This document shows positions 20,908 through 31,916 of a stretch of DNA of 64,000 nt, piece after piece (position 1 is the stretch's first letter; every line of letters begins with the position of its first letter). A model generated the notes under the pieces. That model had not been told where the DNA came from. It searched no databases and worked only from the letters and a program-made list of their open reading frames with translations. The translations under genes and the position numbers were made by a program. Source of the DNA: an uncultured Clostridium sp. (GTDB taxonomy: Bacteria > Bacillota > Clostridia > TANB77 > CAG-508); the NCBI GenBank assembly GCA_900552555.1, contig URZW01000002.1:13760-77759 (forward strand), given 5' to 3'.

Positions 20908-21105
20908 ATTTTATTTTATCTTTCTTTTTTGATTGTATAAAAACAACAAAAATCTTTTTCACACAAAATTTACACAAAAAATAACATTTGGGAATAATAT
21001 AAAAATAAAATACCCATATAATATAAATATGAAAAATATGGGAGCAGAAAAATTGAAAATTAAATAATAATCAATTAAAAAGCACCAAAGAAAGGTGGAA
21101 ACCAA

Positions 21106-21756
21106 ATGAAAGAAAACAAAGAATTACAAAAAATTGAAAATATAATGGAGATAGAAATACCAATAGATACAACAAGCAAAGAATTTGAAAAAGTGATGTT
21201 TATATATCAAGTAGCACTAAAAGAAATCAACACAAAACTAGAAATATTAAAAGACGAATTCAAACTCTTTTACGAATATGACTTAATAGACCACATAAAC
21301 ACAAGAATAAAATCACCAGAAAGTATTACAAACAAAATGAAAGACAAAAGTTTGCAATATACATACAAAGAAATGATTAAAAATATTAATGATATTGCAG
21401 GAATAAGAGCAATATGTCCAATTCAAAAAGATATATACTCAATAAGAAATCTGGTTACAAAAATTCCAGGAATAAAAGTACTAAAAGAAAAAGACTATGT
21501 GAAAAATCCTAAAAAGAGTGGATATTCAAGTTATCATATGATTTTGGAAGTTCCAATTACATTGTCACAAAATTTGATATATGTAAAAGTTGAACTTCAA
21601 ATAAGAACATTAGCAATGGATTTTTGGGCAAGTATTGAACACAAAATGAAATATAAACCAGATAAAGAAGTTACAAAATCAACATCAAAAGAACTTGTAC
21701 AATGTGCTAAAATGGTAAATAAATTGGATAATAAAATGATGTTGTTAAATATATAA
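21106..21756 (+). CDS. small alarmone synthetase (RelA/SpoT-domain GTP pyrophosphokinase, RelQ/RelP type)
   Basis: DIAGIRAICPIQKDIY...SGYSSYHMILEVP...VELQIRTLAMDFWASIEHK matches the YjbM/YwaC family. Confidence 0.85.
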   Translation: MKENKELQKIENIMEIEIPIDTTSKEFEKVMFIYQVALKEINTKLEILKDEFKLFYEYDLIDHINTRIKSPESITNKMKDKSLQYTYKEMIKNINDIAGIRAICPIQKDIYSIRNLVTKIPGIKVLKEKDYVKNPKKSGYSSYHMILEVPITLSQNLIYVKVELQIRTLAMDFWASIEHKMKYKPDKEVTKSTSKELVQCAKMVNKLDNKMMLLNI

Positions 21757-21768
21757 TTAACATAAAAC

Positions 21769-21797
21769 TTGAAAGCTGATATAAATTGTAGTATAAT
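21769..21797 (+). promoter_or_regulatory. consensus sigmaA promoter TTGAAA-N17-TATAAT upstream of the patatin gene
   Basis: ttgaaa 21769-74, tataat 21792-97. Confidence 0.6.
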
Positions 21798-21847
21798 ATA
21801 GGTAGTTTAAAGTAATAAGAATAGTTTATATCATAGGAGGAAGACAG

Positions 21848-22579
21848 ATGAAAAAAATTAATTTAGCTATTCGGGGCGGAGGAGTAAAAGTCCCGGCTAT
21901 AGGAGTTATGAAGACATTAGAGGAAGAGCAGATAGAAATATCTGGATATTCCGGCACCAGTATTGGCGCTATAATTGCCACATTAGGTGCAATTGGAACC
22001 CATGCAGACGAAATACTGACACAGGTACAAAAGTATGTAGTTCAGTATTCAGATGCTAGCAAGTTAAAAGGAGGCCAAGGCAGTCGAATAATCGAAGATA
22101 CAGTAAATGAATACTGTGACAACATGAAGTTTAAAAATTTATCTAAAGAACTGTACATTGTTGCAAATCAAGGAAGTTTACTGTTTCCAAAAGAATTCGT
22201 ATTTAGCAAAAAAACAACCCCTGAAGTAACATTAGGAGAGGCATGCAGAGCAAGTTGTAGCTTTCCGATTGCATATGAACATTATCACATGAAAATAAAT
22301 GGAAAGAATTACAAATTCTGGGATGGAGGCATGTGTACTAATCCTATAATTCCATCAGATGGATTTACGGTATTAGCAACCTTTAAAAAGGAAAAGGAAA
22401 ACCTGAAATCCAGATATGTCAATGCATGGAAAGCGCCAGAAACACAGGCAGACTTCGTAATAAAACCCAATGTATATATGGGGACCTTTGGTACTCCGGA
22501 GGACATTGCAGAAGCAGCAAAGATAGGATATGTTTTTGCAAAAAAAAGAATGGAGGAATTACTCCGTTTAATAAGATAA
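21848..22579 (+). CDS. patatin-like phospholipase
   Basis: Glycine-rich oxyanion loop GGGVK, GxSxG (GTSIG), DGG (WDGGM). Confidence 0.8.
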   Translation: MKKINLAIRGGGVKVPAIGVMKTLEEEQIEISGYSGTSIGAIIATLGAIGTHADEILTQVQKYVVQYSDASKLKGGQGSRIIEDTVNEYCDNMKFKNLSKELYIVANQGSLLFPKEFVFSKKTTPEVTLGEACRASCSFPIAYEHYHMKINGKNYKFWDGGMCTNPIIPSDGFTVLATFKKEKENLKSRYVNAWKAPETQADFVIKPNVYMGTFGTPEDIAEAAKIGYVFAKKRMEELLRLIR

Positions 22580-22585
22580 AACACA

Positions 22586-22626
22586 GGGTGGACAAAGGCA
22601 AAACTTTTTCCACCCCATGTTTTTGC
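22586..22626 (+). terminator. Rho-independent terminator (gggtgga...tccaccc + T-run)
   Basis: 7-bp GC-rich stem followed by catgttttt. Confidence 0.65.
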
Positions 22627-22750
22627 AAAAATGTATTAGAAAGTAAAAGCATATAACAAAACAATAATTTTTAAAAAACTAAGAAGGATTTATGTAAAAT
22701 AGGTCGAATATTATATATATATATGTTTATTTGAAAGAAAGAGAGGAAAA

Positions 22751-24532
22751 ATGGCAAGATATAGTGAAGAGATATTAAATGAAGTAAGACAATCAAACGA
22801 CATAGTAGATGTCATATCACAATATGTGCACTTAAAAAGAAGCGGAAGAAACTATTTTGGACTATGTCCATTCCACAACGAAAAATCACCTTCTTTTTCA
22901 GTCTCACCAGATAAACAAATATTTCACTGCTTTGGATGTGGAGTAGGAGGAAATGTAATAACATTTGTATCACAAATAGAAGGACTAAATTTTGTAGAAA
23001 CAGTACAAATGCTAGCAGAAAGAGCAAACGTACAACTACCAACACTACAAAACAATGGAGACACACAAAGAGAGATACTAAAAGACAAAGTATATAAAGT
23101 AAATGAATTCACAGCAGAATACTACCATCAAAATTTATATAAACCACAAGCCAAAATAGCACAAGAATATGTAAAAAAAAGACAACTAACAAATGAAACA
23201 TTAAAATCATTTAGAATTGGATTCTCAGGCAAATTTGACGAACTATATCAAGAACTTAAGAAACAAGGATTTCAAGAACAGGAAATACTAGAGTCAGGTT
23301 TAGTTAATAAAAATGAAAGAGGACAATACATAGACAGATATAGAAATAGACTAATGTTTCCAATATGTGATGCAAGAGGAAGAGTAATAGCATTTGGCGG
23401 AAGAGTATTAGATGACTCAAAGCCCAAATATATAAACTCACCAGAAAATGTAGTATATAGCAAAGGAAGACATTTATTTGGACTAAATGTTGCAAAAAAA
23501 GGGGACACCAAAAAAATATTAATAGTTGAAGGCTATATGGATGTAATCTCACTACATCAAAGAGGAATAACAAATGTCGTTGCATCACTTGGAACAGCCT
23601 TAACAGAACAACAAGGATGGTTACTAAGAAAAAATTCTGAACAAATAATATTAAGTTTTGATTCTGACGAAGCAGGAATAAAAGCAAAATTAAGGTCAAT
23701 AGAAATATTACAAAATATGGGATGTGACCTAAGAGTATTACAATTAGAAGGTGCAAAAGATCCAGACGAATATATACTAAAATATGGAAATATGCGCTTC
23801 CAAAATGCAGTAGACAAAGCATTTTCAGTAGTTGAATTTAAAGTAAAAATACTAAAAAAAGAGTTGAATTTAGAAAACACCAACGACAAAATAAAATTCT
23901 TAAATGAAATTGCAAAATTAATTTCAAAAGTAGACAACACAATGGAACGAGAAGTATATATTGAAAAAATTGCAAAAGAGTATGATATTTCAAAAGAAGC
24001 AATTTATGCAGAAGTAAATAAACTTACATATAAAAATGATAAAACAGAAAAAGTGTTAGAAAGACCAAAACCAGTAGTAACACATAAAAAAGTAGAAAAA
24101 AAAGAAGTATCAGAATCAATTAAAAGAAGAGAAAATACAATTATATCAATATTACTAGCAGGAGATTTATCAATATATGAAATAATAAAACAAAATATAA
24201 AACCAGAAGATTTTCAAGATGAAATAAATCAAAAAATAGCTCAAAAATTGTATGAAGAATTTGAAAAAGGAAATAGTAATATAAATGGAATAATAGACAA
24301 TTTAGAGCAAGACCAACAAAATCAAATAACAATGATTATGGCAGAAGACTACGAAATAGAAGATTTGGAAAAGGCCATAGATGATATAATTCAAGCATAT
24401 AAAAGGGACAAGTTAAATAATAGAAAACTTGAAATATTAGAATTGCTAGAGCAATCTTCAGATAATGAAGAAAAGAAAAAATTAGAAAAAGAGCTAAGTG
24501 ATATTATTATTACATTAGCAAGAATTAAGTAG
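22751..24532 (+). CDS. dnaG: DNA primase
   Basis: Zinc-binding [13 protein letters not shown]...CFGCG, TOPRIM domain (EGYMD), C-terminal DnaB-interaction region. Confidence 0.95.
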   Translation: MARYSEEILNEVRQSNDIVDVISQYVHLKRSGRNYFGLCPFHNEKSPSFSVSPDKQIFHCFGCGVGGNVITFVSQIEGLNFVETVQMLAERANVQLPTLQNNGDTQREILKDKVYKVNEFTAEYYHQNLYKPQAKIAQEYVKKRQLTNETLKSFRIGFSGKFDELYQELKKQGFQEQEILESGLVNKNERGQYIDRYRNRLMFPICDARGRVIAFGGRVLDDSKPKYINSPENVVYSKGRHLFGLNVAKKGDTKKILIVEGYMDVISLHQRGITNVVASLGTALTEQQGWLLRKNSEQIILSFDSDEAGIKAKLRSIEILQNMGCDLRVLQLEGAKDPDEYILKYGNMRFQNAVDKAFSVVEFKVKILKKELNLENTNDKIKFLNEIAKLISKVDNTMEREVYIEKIAKEYDISKEAIYAEVNKLTYKNDKTEKVLERPKPVVTHKKVEKKEVSESIKRRENTIISILLAGDLSIYEIIKQNIKPEDFQDEINQKIAQKLYEEFEKGNSNINGIIDNLEQDQQNQITMIMAEDYEIEDLEKAIDDIIQAYKRDKLNNRKLEILELLEQSSDNEEKKKLEKELSDIIITLARIK

Positions 24533-24543
24533 GGGGAAATTTC

Positions 24544-25791
24544 ATGTCTAATAAAAAAGAAGAAAATTTAGAAGAAGTAAAAAAAGATAATGCAAAAAAA
24601 TTTGAAGAAGTAAAAGAAAAAATAAAAAAAGAAAAAAAAGTTGAAGAAACAAAGAAAAATGAAAAAACAAATAAAACAAATACTAAAAAAACAGATGAAA
24701 AAGCAGAAGAAAAAAAAGATAAAGAAAAAATAAGCAAAATAATAGAAGAAGCAAAACAAAGCGGAAAAATGACATATAGTGATTTAGCATCAAAATTAAA
24801 TGATGTAAATCCAGAAAAAATGGATGAAGTATTTGATGAATTCGAAAAAGATGGAATAGACTTATTACCAGATGATTTCGAGGAAGAACCAGATATTGAA
24901 GATTTAAAAGAAGTTGAACAACTTAAATTAGATGAAATAACAGACACAAGCTTTGAAGGAATAAGTGTAGATGACCCAGTAAGAATGTATTTAAGAGAAA
25001 TAGGAAAAATACCATTACTAACATTTGATGAAGAATTAGACTTAGCAAAAAGAATATTAGAAGGCGATGAAGAAGCAAAACAAAAATTAGCTGAATCAAA
25101 TCTAAGACTTGTTGTAAGTATAGCAAAAAAATATGTTGGTAGAGGAATGTTATTTTTAGATTTAATACAAGAAGGAAATATGGGATTAATAAAAGCAGTA
25201 GAAAAATTTGATTATACAAAAGGATTCAAATTTAGTACTTATGCAACATGGTGGATTAGACAAGCAATAACAAGAGCTATTGCAGACCAAGCAAGAACAA
25301 TAAGAATTCCAGTTCATATGGTAGAAACAATAAATAAATTAATAAGAACATCAAGAAACTTATTACAACAAATGGGAAGAGAACCAACACCAGAAGAAAT
25401 AGCAAAAGAAATGGAAATCCCAGTTGAAAAAGTAGTAGAAATACAAAAAATTGCACAAGACCCAGTATCACTAGAAACACCAATTGGTGAAGAAGAAGAT
25501 AGTCATTTAGGAGACTTTATACAAGACGAAGATAGTCCTGCACCACATGATGCAGCATCATATACACTTTTAAAAGAACAATTAGAAGAAGTAATGAATA
25601 CATTAACACCAAGGGAAGCAAAAGTATTAAAATTAAGATTTGGACTAGAAGATGGAAAATCAAGAACTCTTGAAGAAGTTGGAAAAGAATTTAATGTAAC
25701 CCGTGAAAGAATAAGACAAATTGAAGCAAAAGCATTGAGAAAATTAAGACATCCATCAAGATCTAAAAAATTAAGAGACTATATGGGATAA
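24544..25791 (+). CDS. sigA: RNA polymerase sigma factor SigA/RpoD
   Basis: Regions 2-4 conserved ([24 protein letters not shown], region 4.2 [26 protein letters not shown]); acidic N-terminal region. Confidence 0.95.
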   Translation: MSNKKEENLEEVKKDNAKKFEEVKEKIKKEKKVEETKKNEKTNKTNTKKTDEKAEEKKDKEKISKIIEEAKQSGKMTYSDLASKLNDVNPEKMDEVFDEFEKDGIDLLPDDFEEEPDIEDLKEVEQLKLDEITDTSFEGISVDDPVRMYLREIGKIPLLTFDEELDLAKRILEGDEEAKQKLAESNLRLVVSIAKKYVGRGMLFLDLIQEGNMGLIKAVEKFDYTKGFKFSTYATWWIRQAITRAIADQARTIRIPVHMVETINKLIRTSRNLLQQMGREPTPEEIAKEMEIPVEKVVEIQKIAQDPVSLETPIGEEEDSHLGDFIQDEDSPAPHDAASYTLLKEQLEEVMNTLTPREAKVLKLRFGLEDGKSRTLEEVGKEFNVTRERIRQIEAKALRKLRHPSRSKKLRDYMG

Positions 25792-25793
25792 AA

Positions 25794-25824
25794 TCTGTCA
25801 TTAGGGACGCCCTTTTTTGACAAG
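25794..25824 (+). terminator. terminator, second copy of the motif CTGTCATTAGGGACGCCCTTTTTTGACAAG
   Basis: Same GGGACGCCC mini-hairpin and T-run as at 15186-15218. Confidence 0.5.
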
Positions 25825-25929
25825 TATAAAGCCTAAAATATTATTCACACAGGTATTTCAGGCTTTATACCTATTGAATTATAGCATGTAAAAAAGAACT
25901 ACTTTAATGATAAGAAAGGATGAAATAAT

Positions 25930-27000
25930 ATGGAAAACATAAGAAATTTTGTAGAAGCATTAAAAGGAATACAAATGACGCAAATAATAGATATAGGTAT
26001 AGCAATTTTGATTTATATATTATTTAGATGTTTAAGTAGAAGTTTAGCATATATAACAGTAAAATTTTTCAAACCCAAAGCTAAAAAAACATATATAAAA
26101 AATAATGCATTTTATACTCCACTAAAAGTGTTTTATGTAGTATTAGGACTATATTTGGCATTGTTATTTATAAGACAACCGCTAAAAACAACAGTTGGAT
26201 TAAATTGTGTAATAGATCAATTATTCAAAATAGCAGTTATAATATTAGCAGCTAATGGAATAGCAAACAGCTTAACAACTAATAATAGTTTAGTAAATAG
26301 ATTAAAAGATAAAATGAATCCAGATGTAGAAGATTCAATGCTAAAATTCATACTAAAAGCAATAAGAGCAGTAATATACATAATAGCAGGATTTATGATA
26401 ATAACAGATTTAGGATTTAATTTAAATGGTCTAGTTGCAGGATTAGGAATAGGAAGTGTTGTAATAACACTTGCAGCACAAGATACAGCAAAAAACCTAT
26501 TTGGAGGGTTAGTAATATTTTTAGATAAACCATTTGTTGTAGGTGATTGGATAGAAGTAGAAAAATACGAAGGGACAGTAGAAGATATTACATTTAGAAG
26601 TACTAGAGTTAGAACATTTGAAAATTCAGTTGTAAATATACCAAACTCTGTAATTGCAAATGATTCAATAATAAATTGGAGTAGAATGGAAAAAAGAAGA
26701 AACAAAGTAAATCTATGTTTAGATTTGGATACTCCTTTAGCCAAAGTACAAACAGTACAAAAAAGGATAAAAGATTTATTAATACAGCATGATGATGTAA
26801 TAGATGAAACTATTATAGTTAGATTTGATAATATAACAGATAACGGAATTAATTTACTTGTATGTAGCTACACAAATTCAATAGACTATACAAGTTATCT
26901 AGAAGAAAAGGAAAAAATTAATTTTAAAATTATGCAGATTTTAAGAGAAGAAAATGTAGAATTAGCATATGATACAAAAACAATATTTGTAAAAAATTAA
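25930..27000 (+). CDS. mechanosensitive ion channel family protein (MscS-like)
   Basis: TM helices then MscS core GLGIGSVVITLAAQDTAKNLFGGLVIFLDKPFVVGDWIEV. Confidence 0.85.
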   Translation: MENIRNFVEALKGIQMTQIIDIGIAILIYILFRCLSRSLAYITVKFFKPKAKKTYIKNNAFYTPLKVFYVVLGLYLALLFIRQPLKTTVGLNCVIDQLFKIAVIILAANGIANSLTTNNSLVNRLKDKMNPDVEDSMLKFILKAIRAVIYIIAGFMIITDLGFNLNGLVAGLGIGSVVITLAAQDTAKNLFGGLVIFLDKPFVVGDWIEVEKYEGTVEDITFRSTRVRTFENSVVNIPNSVIANDSIINWSRMEKRRNKVNLCLDLDTPLAKVQTVQKRIKDLLIQHDDVIDETIIVRFDNITDNGINLLVCSYTNSIDYTSYLEEKEKINFKIMQILREENVELAYDTKTIFVKN

Positions 27001-27002
27001 AA

Positions 27003-27028
27003 AAGGCCTCTAAAGAGGTCTTTTTGAG
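27003..27028. terminator. bidirectional terminator hairpin aggcctct/agaggtct + T-run
   Basis: Between convergent genes. Confidence 0.6.
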
Positions 27029-27030
27029 TA

Positions 27031-27243
27031 TCATTTTAAAAAAATTTTTACTAGTCCATAAATGCCTGGGACTAAAAGTGATACAGCTAAAATTACTGCA
27101 AATGTCGAAATTATTATCAACAAATCAGTTTTTTTACCACCTTTAGGTTCATTTTTTATAAATTTGTCAGAAGACCGTAAAGCATATATTACAGCTACAA
27201 CAATTACTCCACCAATAACAGACAGTGATATAAATTTTCCCAT
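27031..27243 (-). CDS. small two-TM membrane protein (hypothetical)
   Basis: 70 aa with two hydrophobic helices and RBS aaaggagtatct. Confidence 0.45.
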   Translation of the reverse strand: MGKFISLSVIGGVIVVAVIYALRSSDKFIKNEPKGGKKTDLLIIISTFAVILAVSLLVPGIYGLVKIFLK

Positions 27244-27429
27244 ATAGATACTCCTTTCTAATTATTTGTGCAGAATTTTTAGCAACGTATTTATTATAAT
27301 ATAAAATCAATGCTATTGCAAATAAAAGATCAATGTAGTACAATAAAAAGCAGAGAATAGACACAAACAGGACACACAAAAAAAGTATAATATAATAAAA
27401 TTTTGATAACGATGAGGGAGTTAAAAAAT

Positions 27430-28104
27430 ATGAATAAATGTATTTTAATTGTAGATGACGAATCAAGAATGAGAAAATTAATAAAAGACTTCTTAACAGC
27501 AAAAGGATACAGTATATTAGAAGCAGAAGACGGTGAAAAAGCACTACAAGTATTTGAAGAAAATTCAGAAAAAATAGACTTAATCATGTTAGATGTAATG
27601 ATGCCAAAACTAGATGGATGGTCTGTACTAAGACAAATAAGACAAACATCAAAAGTACCAATAATAATGCTAACAGCAAGAGGAGAAGAACAAGATGAAT
27701 TATTCGGATTTGAACTAGGAGTTGACGAATACATATCAAAACCATTCAGTCCTAAAATACTAGTAGCCAGAGTAGAAGCAATACTAAAAAGAACACAAGG
27801 AGACACAAAAGAAGTAAAAGACTATGGTGGAATAGAAATAGATAAAGAAGGAAGAACAGTAACTGTTGACGGAAAAGTATTAGAACTAAGTTTAAGAGAA
27901 TATGAACTATTAGTATATCTAGTAGAAAATGAAAATATAGCACTTTCAAGAGATAAAATTTTAAACAATGTATGGAATTATGATTATTACGGAGATTCAA
28001 GAACAATAGATAGCCATATAAAAAAAATCAGACATAAATTGGGAAAAAGAGGAAAATACATAAAAACAATGAGAGGTGTGGGATATAAATTTGAAGTTAA
28101 ATAA
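27430..28104 (+). CDS. OmpR-family response regulator
   Basis: MNKCILIVDDE receiver domain and a winged-helix C-terminal domain; ATG 27430 is preceded by gggag. Confidence 0.85.
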   Translation: MNKCILIVDDESRMRKLIKDFLTAKGYSILEAEDGEKALQVFEENSEKIDLIMLDVMMPKLDGWSVLRQIRQTSKVPIIMLTARGEEQDELFGFELGVDEYISKPFSPKILVARVEAILKRTQGDTKEVKDYGGIEIDKEGRTVTVDGKVLELSLREYELLVYLVENENIALSRDKILNNVWNYDYYGDSRTIDSHIKKIRHKLGKRGKYIKTMRGVGYKFEVK

Positions 28105-29590
28105 AATAAAAGATGTACTTTCATCAGTAAAAGTAAAATTATTTATAACACTAAGCACAACAGTACTGTTAATAATATTATTTTTAATAATAGTAAACAA
28201 TTTTGCATTAGAAAAATTTTATTTATATAAAAAGCAAAACACATTAAAATCCGTATATGAATCAATAAATAATTATTACAAAACACCAGAGCAAAACAAT
28301 GACATACAAACAGAATTAGAAAAACTATCAATAAAAAACAATTTCGATATTCTAATTAAAGACAATAATGGAATAAATTTATATACGACAAATAAAAACT
28401 TTTCAACAGTAATAGGAAGCATAAATGATATTTTAGACAAAATAAGTGAGGGAAAAGTATTAGAAGCAAATGATAATTTTACAGTAAAAAAACAAAGGGA
28501 TTCTAAAAATGGATTATCATATATGATGCTATCTGGAAAACTAGAAAATGGATATTTTTTATATATTCGTATACCATTAAACTCAATACAAGACAGTGTT
28601 AGTATATCAAACAACTTCTTATTAATGATGGCAGGTTTCACAATATTAATAGCATCAATAATGGTAACAATAGTATCAAGAAAATTTACAGAACCAATAC
28701 TTGAACTAAACAATATAGCAAAAAAAATGTCAAATTTGGACTTTAGCCAAAAATATCAAGTAACAAACGCAAGAGATGAAATAAATGATTTGGGAAGAAG
28801 CATAAATACCATGTCAGACAAGCTAGAAAGGACAATAAAACAATTAAGAAGTAGCAACATAGAACTAGAAAGAGACATAGAAGAAAAATCAAAAATAGAT
28901 GAAATGAGGAAGACATTTATATCAGATGTATCACATGAATTAAAAACACCAATAGCTCTTATACAAGGTTATAGCGAGGGATTGTTGGAAAATGTAAATA
29001 GTGATGAAGAAAGTAGAAAATTTTATGCAGAAGTCATTTTAGATGAAACAAATAAAATGGATAAGTTAGTAAAACAATTACTAGAATTGATGAAACTTGA
29101 GTATGGAAAAAGAGAATTTCATAATAAAGAGTTTAATATTGTAGAACTTGAAAAAGAAGTAATAAGAAAAACAAATGTTATGATAGAAGAGAAACAGGCA
29201 GAAATAAAATTTGATGATAGTCAAGAAATACAAGTATTTGCAGATGATTTTTATATTGAACAGGTTTTAACAAATTATTTAACAAATGCTATAAAAAATG
29301 TAAAAGAAATGTACGGAGAAAAATATATAAAAATTTCAAATGAAATTCTAGAAGAAGAAAATAAAGTTTGTATTAAAGTATTTAATACAGGAGAAAAAAT
29401 ATCAGAAGAAAATTTAAATAGAATTTGGAATAGGTTCTATAAAGCAGATGAGTCTAGACATAGAGAAGATGGTGGAACAGGAATAGGTCTTGCTTTTGTA
29501 AAGGCTATTATGGGAAATTATGATAATAAATATGGAGTAAAGAATCTAGAAAATGGAGTAGAATTTTATTTTGAATTAGATATGAAATAA
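28076..29590 (+). CDS. sensor histidine kinase (TM-HAMP-HisKA-HATPase); non-ATG start, overlaps the response-regulator gene
   Basis: H-box SHELKTPIALIQGY, N-box/G-boxes (GTGIGLAFVKAI). The first ATG in frame lies after the TM helix, so a GTG/TTG start is required. Confidence 0.8.
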   Translation: MWDINLKLNKIKDVLSSVKVKLFITLSTTVLLIILFLIIVNNFALEKFYLYKKQNTLKSVYESINNYYKTPEQNNDIQTELEKLSIKNNFDILIKDNNGINLYTTNKNFSTVIGSINDILDKISEGKVLEANDNFTVKKQRDSKNGLSYMMLSGKLENGYFLYIRIPLNSIQDSVSISNNFLLMMAGFTILIASIMVTIVSRKFTEPILELNNIAKKMSNLDFSQKYQVTNARDEINDLGRSINTMSDKLERTIKQLRSSNIELERDIEEKSKIDEMRKTFISDVSHELKTPIALIQGYSEGLLENVNSDEESRKFYAEVILDETNKMDKLVKQLLELMKLEYGKREFHNKEFNIVELEKEVIRKTNVMIEEKQAEIKFDDSQEIQVFADDFYIEQVLTNYLTNAIKNVKEMYGEKYIKISNEILEEENKVCIKVFNTGEKISEENLNRIWNRFYKADESRHREDGGTGIGLAFVKAIMGNYDNKYGVKNLENGVEFYFELDMK

Positions 29591-29619
29591 GTGGGACAGG
29601 CCTAGTTTGTCTCACTTTT
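29591..29619 (+). terminator. Rho-independent terminator gtgggacagg...tgtctcac + T4
   Basis: Hairpin directly after the stop codon. Confidence 0.6.
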
Positions 29620-29836
29620 AATTTGTGACATTTAACATTATATTTCCTTAAATTGTAACAGAAATGTCACTTTTTGTCGAAAATTGCGATGAAAAGTTCT
29701 TTACAAATACAAAAAAATGTAGTATTATAATTATAGTTTTAATCAAACAACACGAAAGTGTTTTTTAAATCTAAAAATTTTTTCGAAAAAATTATTCCAA
29801 AAAAGAAAATCAAAAGGTGGGTGAAACATATGAATT

Positions 29837-30442
29837 ATGATGTACACTAAAAGATATGTTAATATTGTGAGTCTTATAATAACAATAATAATATTTATAT
29901 CTACAAATCAAATGAAAAACTTTAAAATAAATATAAACTCTATCTCAAATATATTTAAAAGAAATTCTGTATTAGTAGAATTAAGTTCAAACAATATTGA
30001 TCAAGAAACAAAAGAAGATACACCCCTAATTGAAAATCAAAACAATAATATAACTGAAGAAAAAACTACAAATTGGAAATTAATGATTCCTAAAATATCA
30101 TTAGAAGCAGAGGTATCTGAAGGCACAAGAAAAGAAGTAATGGATAAATTTGTTGGACATTTTGAAGAAACAACAAAAACAAGTGGTAATGTAGGGCTTG
30201 CGGCACATAATAGAGGATATCCTGTTAATTATTTTTCAAATATAAAACAATTAAAAGAAGGAGATGAAATAATTTATAAATATTATGAATTTGAAAAGAC
30301 ATATTTAGTAGTTGAAAACAAGATAATAAAAGATACAGATTGGGAACCATTAAAAGGCACAAAAGAAAACAAAATAACATTAATTACCTGTGTAGAAAAT
30401 GAACCAGAATACAGAAGATGTATACAAGCTGTAGAAAAATGA
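29837..30442 (+). CDS. sortase (class A-like)
   Basis: N-terminal TM, AAHNRGY (catalytic His), TLITC, downstream Arg (YRR). Confidence 0.8.
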   Translation: MMYTKRYVNIVSLIITIIIFISTNQMKNFKININSISNIFKRNSVLVELSSNNIDQETKEDTPLIENQNNNITEEKTTNWKLMIPKISLEAEVSEGTRKEVMDKFVGHFEETTKTSGNVGLAAHNRGYPVNYFSNIKQLKEGDEIIYKYYEFEKTYLVVENKIIKDTDWEPLKGTKENKITLITCVENEPEYRRCIQAVEK

Positions 30443-30471
30443 GATATTAAGATTTAAAGGAGGAAAATAAA

Positions 30472-31740
30472 ATTAAAATAAAAAAATTTTTTTCAGTAAT
30501 TATAAGCTTAGTTGTTCTAAATACTATGCTAATATTTAATTCAGTACAAGCTGTAGTTATCAATTCAGAAAATATCGTATCAGGAGGAGATTGTGGAAGT
30601 CTGTTAATATACAAAGGAATATATATAAAAACATATTATGCTTATTATACAAAAGATGGAGTAAACTATCCGGCTTATTGCCTTGACAAAACAAAACATG
30701 GAGTAAACAATGAACTAACATATTCAGTATCAGTTCAATCAGCTGTTTCTGATGTGAAACTATGGAGAATAATTATAAATGGCTATCCATATAAAACTGT
30801 TGAGCAGCTTGGGTGCAACAATAAAGAAGAAGCATTTTCAGCAACAAAACAAGCAATTTATTGCTATATACATGGAAATGACCCAAATGGATATACAGGA
30901 ATAGGAGAAGCGGGTAACAGAACAGTAAGAGCAATAAAACAAATTTTAGCAGATAGTGAAAAGTGTACCGAAACACAAATTTCAAATAATATAAGTATAA
31001 TAAAAGAGCAAGAAAAATTTGATGTTGATAGCAAAGAAAAAAATTATGTATCAAAAATATATTCAATAAAAGCTGGAACAACAATATCAAATTATAAAGT
31101 TCAATTGGCTAAAGTACAAGAAGAACTGCCAGAAGGTATAAAAATAACAGATATTAATAATAATGAAAAAACAGAATTCTCACAAAACGAAAAATTTAAG
31201 ATATTAATCCCAATAAAAAATCTTATAAAAGAAAGTAATTTTAATATAGAAATACAAACAAAAATAAATAATAAACCTATATTATATGGAAAAGCACCAG
31301 ATACATCATATCAAGATTATGCTTTAACTGCAGCAACATATGAGGATGCAACTGGAAAAACAGAAGATAAATTTTACAAAAATGAAACAAAAGTAAAAAT
31401 AGTAAAACAAGATACCAAAACAAAAGAAAGATTAGAAAATGTTGAATTTAATATTTTAGATAGTAATAAAAAAATAATTTATGCTAATCTAAAAACTGAT
31501 TCAAAAGGAGAAATAGAAGTTTCAAATTTGATACCTGGAAAATATTATATTCAAGAAGTTAGTACAAAAGATGGATATGAATTAAATGATGAAGCATTTG
31601 GATTTAATGTTAAATTTAATGAAAAATTAACAATTACTGTAGATAATTCATTTAAAGAAGAAACAAAACAAGAAACTACAAAACAAGAAGTTTCTCATAC
31701 AGTTGAAAATATAAAAAAATTACCAGTAACAGGTATGTAA
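30472..31740 (+). CDS. putative sortase-substrate surface adhesin (thioester-like YCLD motif plus CnaB-type domain; C-terminal LPVTG). The signal peptide is only encoded if translation starts upstream of the first ATG (30526).
   Basis: Frame is open from 30472 and encodes IKIKKFFSVIISLVVLNTMLIFNSVQA (signal-peptide-like) before the first ATG. aggagg lies 6 nt upstream of ATT 30472. CnaB-like LKTDSKGEIEVSNLIPGKYYIQEVSTKDGY. The ORF ends at ...KKLPVTGM*. Confidence 0.6.
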   Translation: MKIKKFFSVIISLVVLNTMLIFNSVQAVVINSENIVSGGDCGSLLIYKGIYIKTYYAYYTKDGVNYPAYCLDKTKHGVNNELTYSVSVQSAVSDVKLWRIIINGYPYKTVEQLGCNNKEEAFSATKQAIYCYIHGNDPNGYTGIGEAGNRTVRAIKQILADSEKCTETQISNNISIIKEQEKFDVDSKEKNYVSKIYSIKAGTTISNYKVQLAKVQEELPEGIKITDINNNEKTEFSQNEKFKILIPIKNLIKESNFNIEIQTKINNKPILYGKAPDTSYQDYALTAATYEDATGKTEDKFYKNETKVKIVKQDTKTKERLENVEFNILDSNKKIIYANLKTDSKGEIEVSNLIPGKYYIQEVSTKDGYELNDEAFGFNVKFNEKLTITVDNSFKEETKQETTKQEVSHTVENIKKLPVTGM

Positions 31741-31744
31741 AAAA

Positions 31745-31780
31745 ACTCTTGGACCTATGGGCCAAGAGTTTTTTTCTGAA
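31745..31780 (+). terminator. Rho-independent terminator ctcttggacc...gggccaagag + T7
   Basis: Hairpin plus T-run after the adhesin gene. Confidence 0.65.
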
Positions 31781-31916
31781 CTGTAACAAAATTTTTAATT
31801 TTTTCAGATTTGTTTTTTAAACAATATTGAAAAAAATAAATAAAACAATTATAATAAAGAAGACAAAAGAAAAATATATACAATCAACATGTGTTCAAAA
31901 GAAGGGAGAAAAAACA

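Noticed and set aside
21106-22579. Small alarmone synthetase followed by a patatin-like lipase as a possible nucleotide-signal/effector (CBASS-like) operon
   Set aside because: The synthetase is a close match to housekeeping RelQ/RelP enzymes. The patatin gene has its own consensus TTGAAA-N17-TATAAT promoter (21769-21797) in the 91-bp gap. Independent transcription units are therefore the more likely explanation.
22426-22656. 76-aa ORF overlapping the 3' end of the patatin gene
   Set aside because: It spans the terminator hairpin, has no RBS and is basic and low-complexity. It is most likely spurious.
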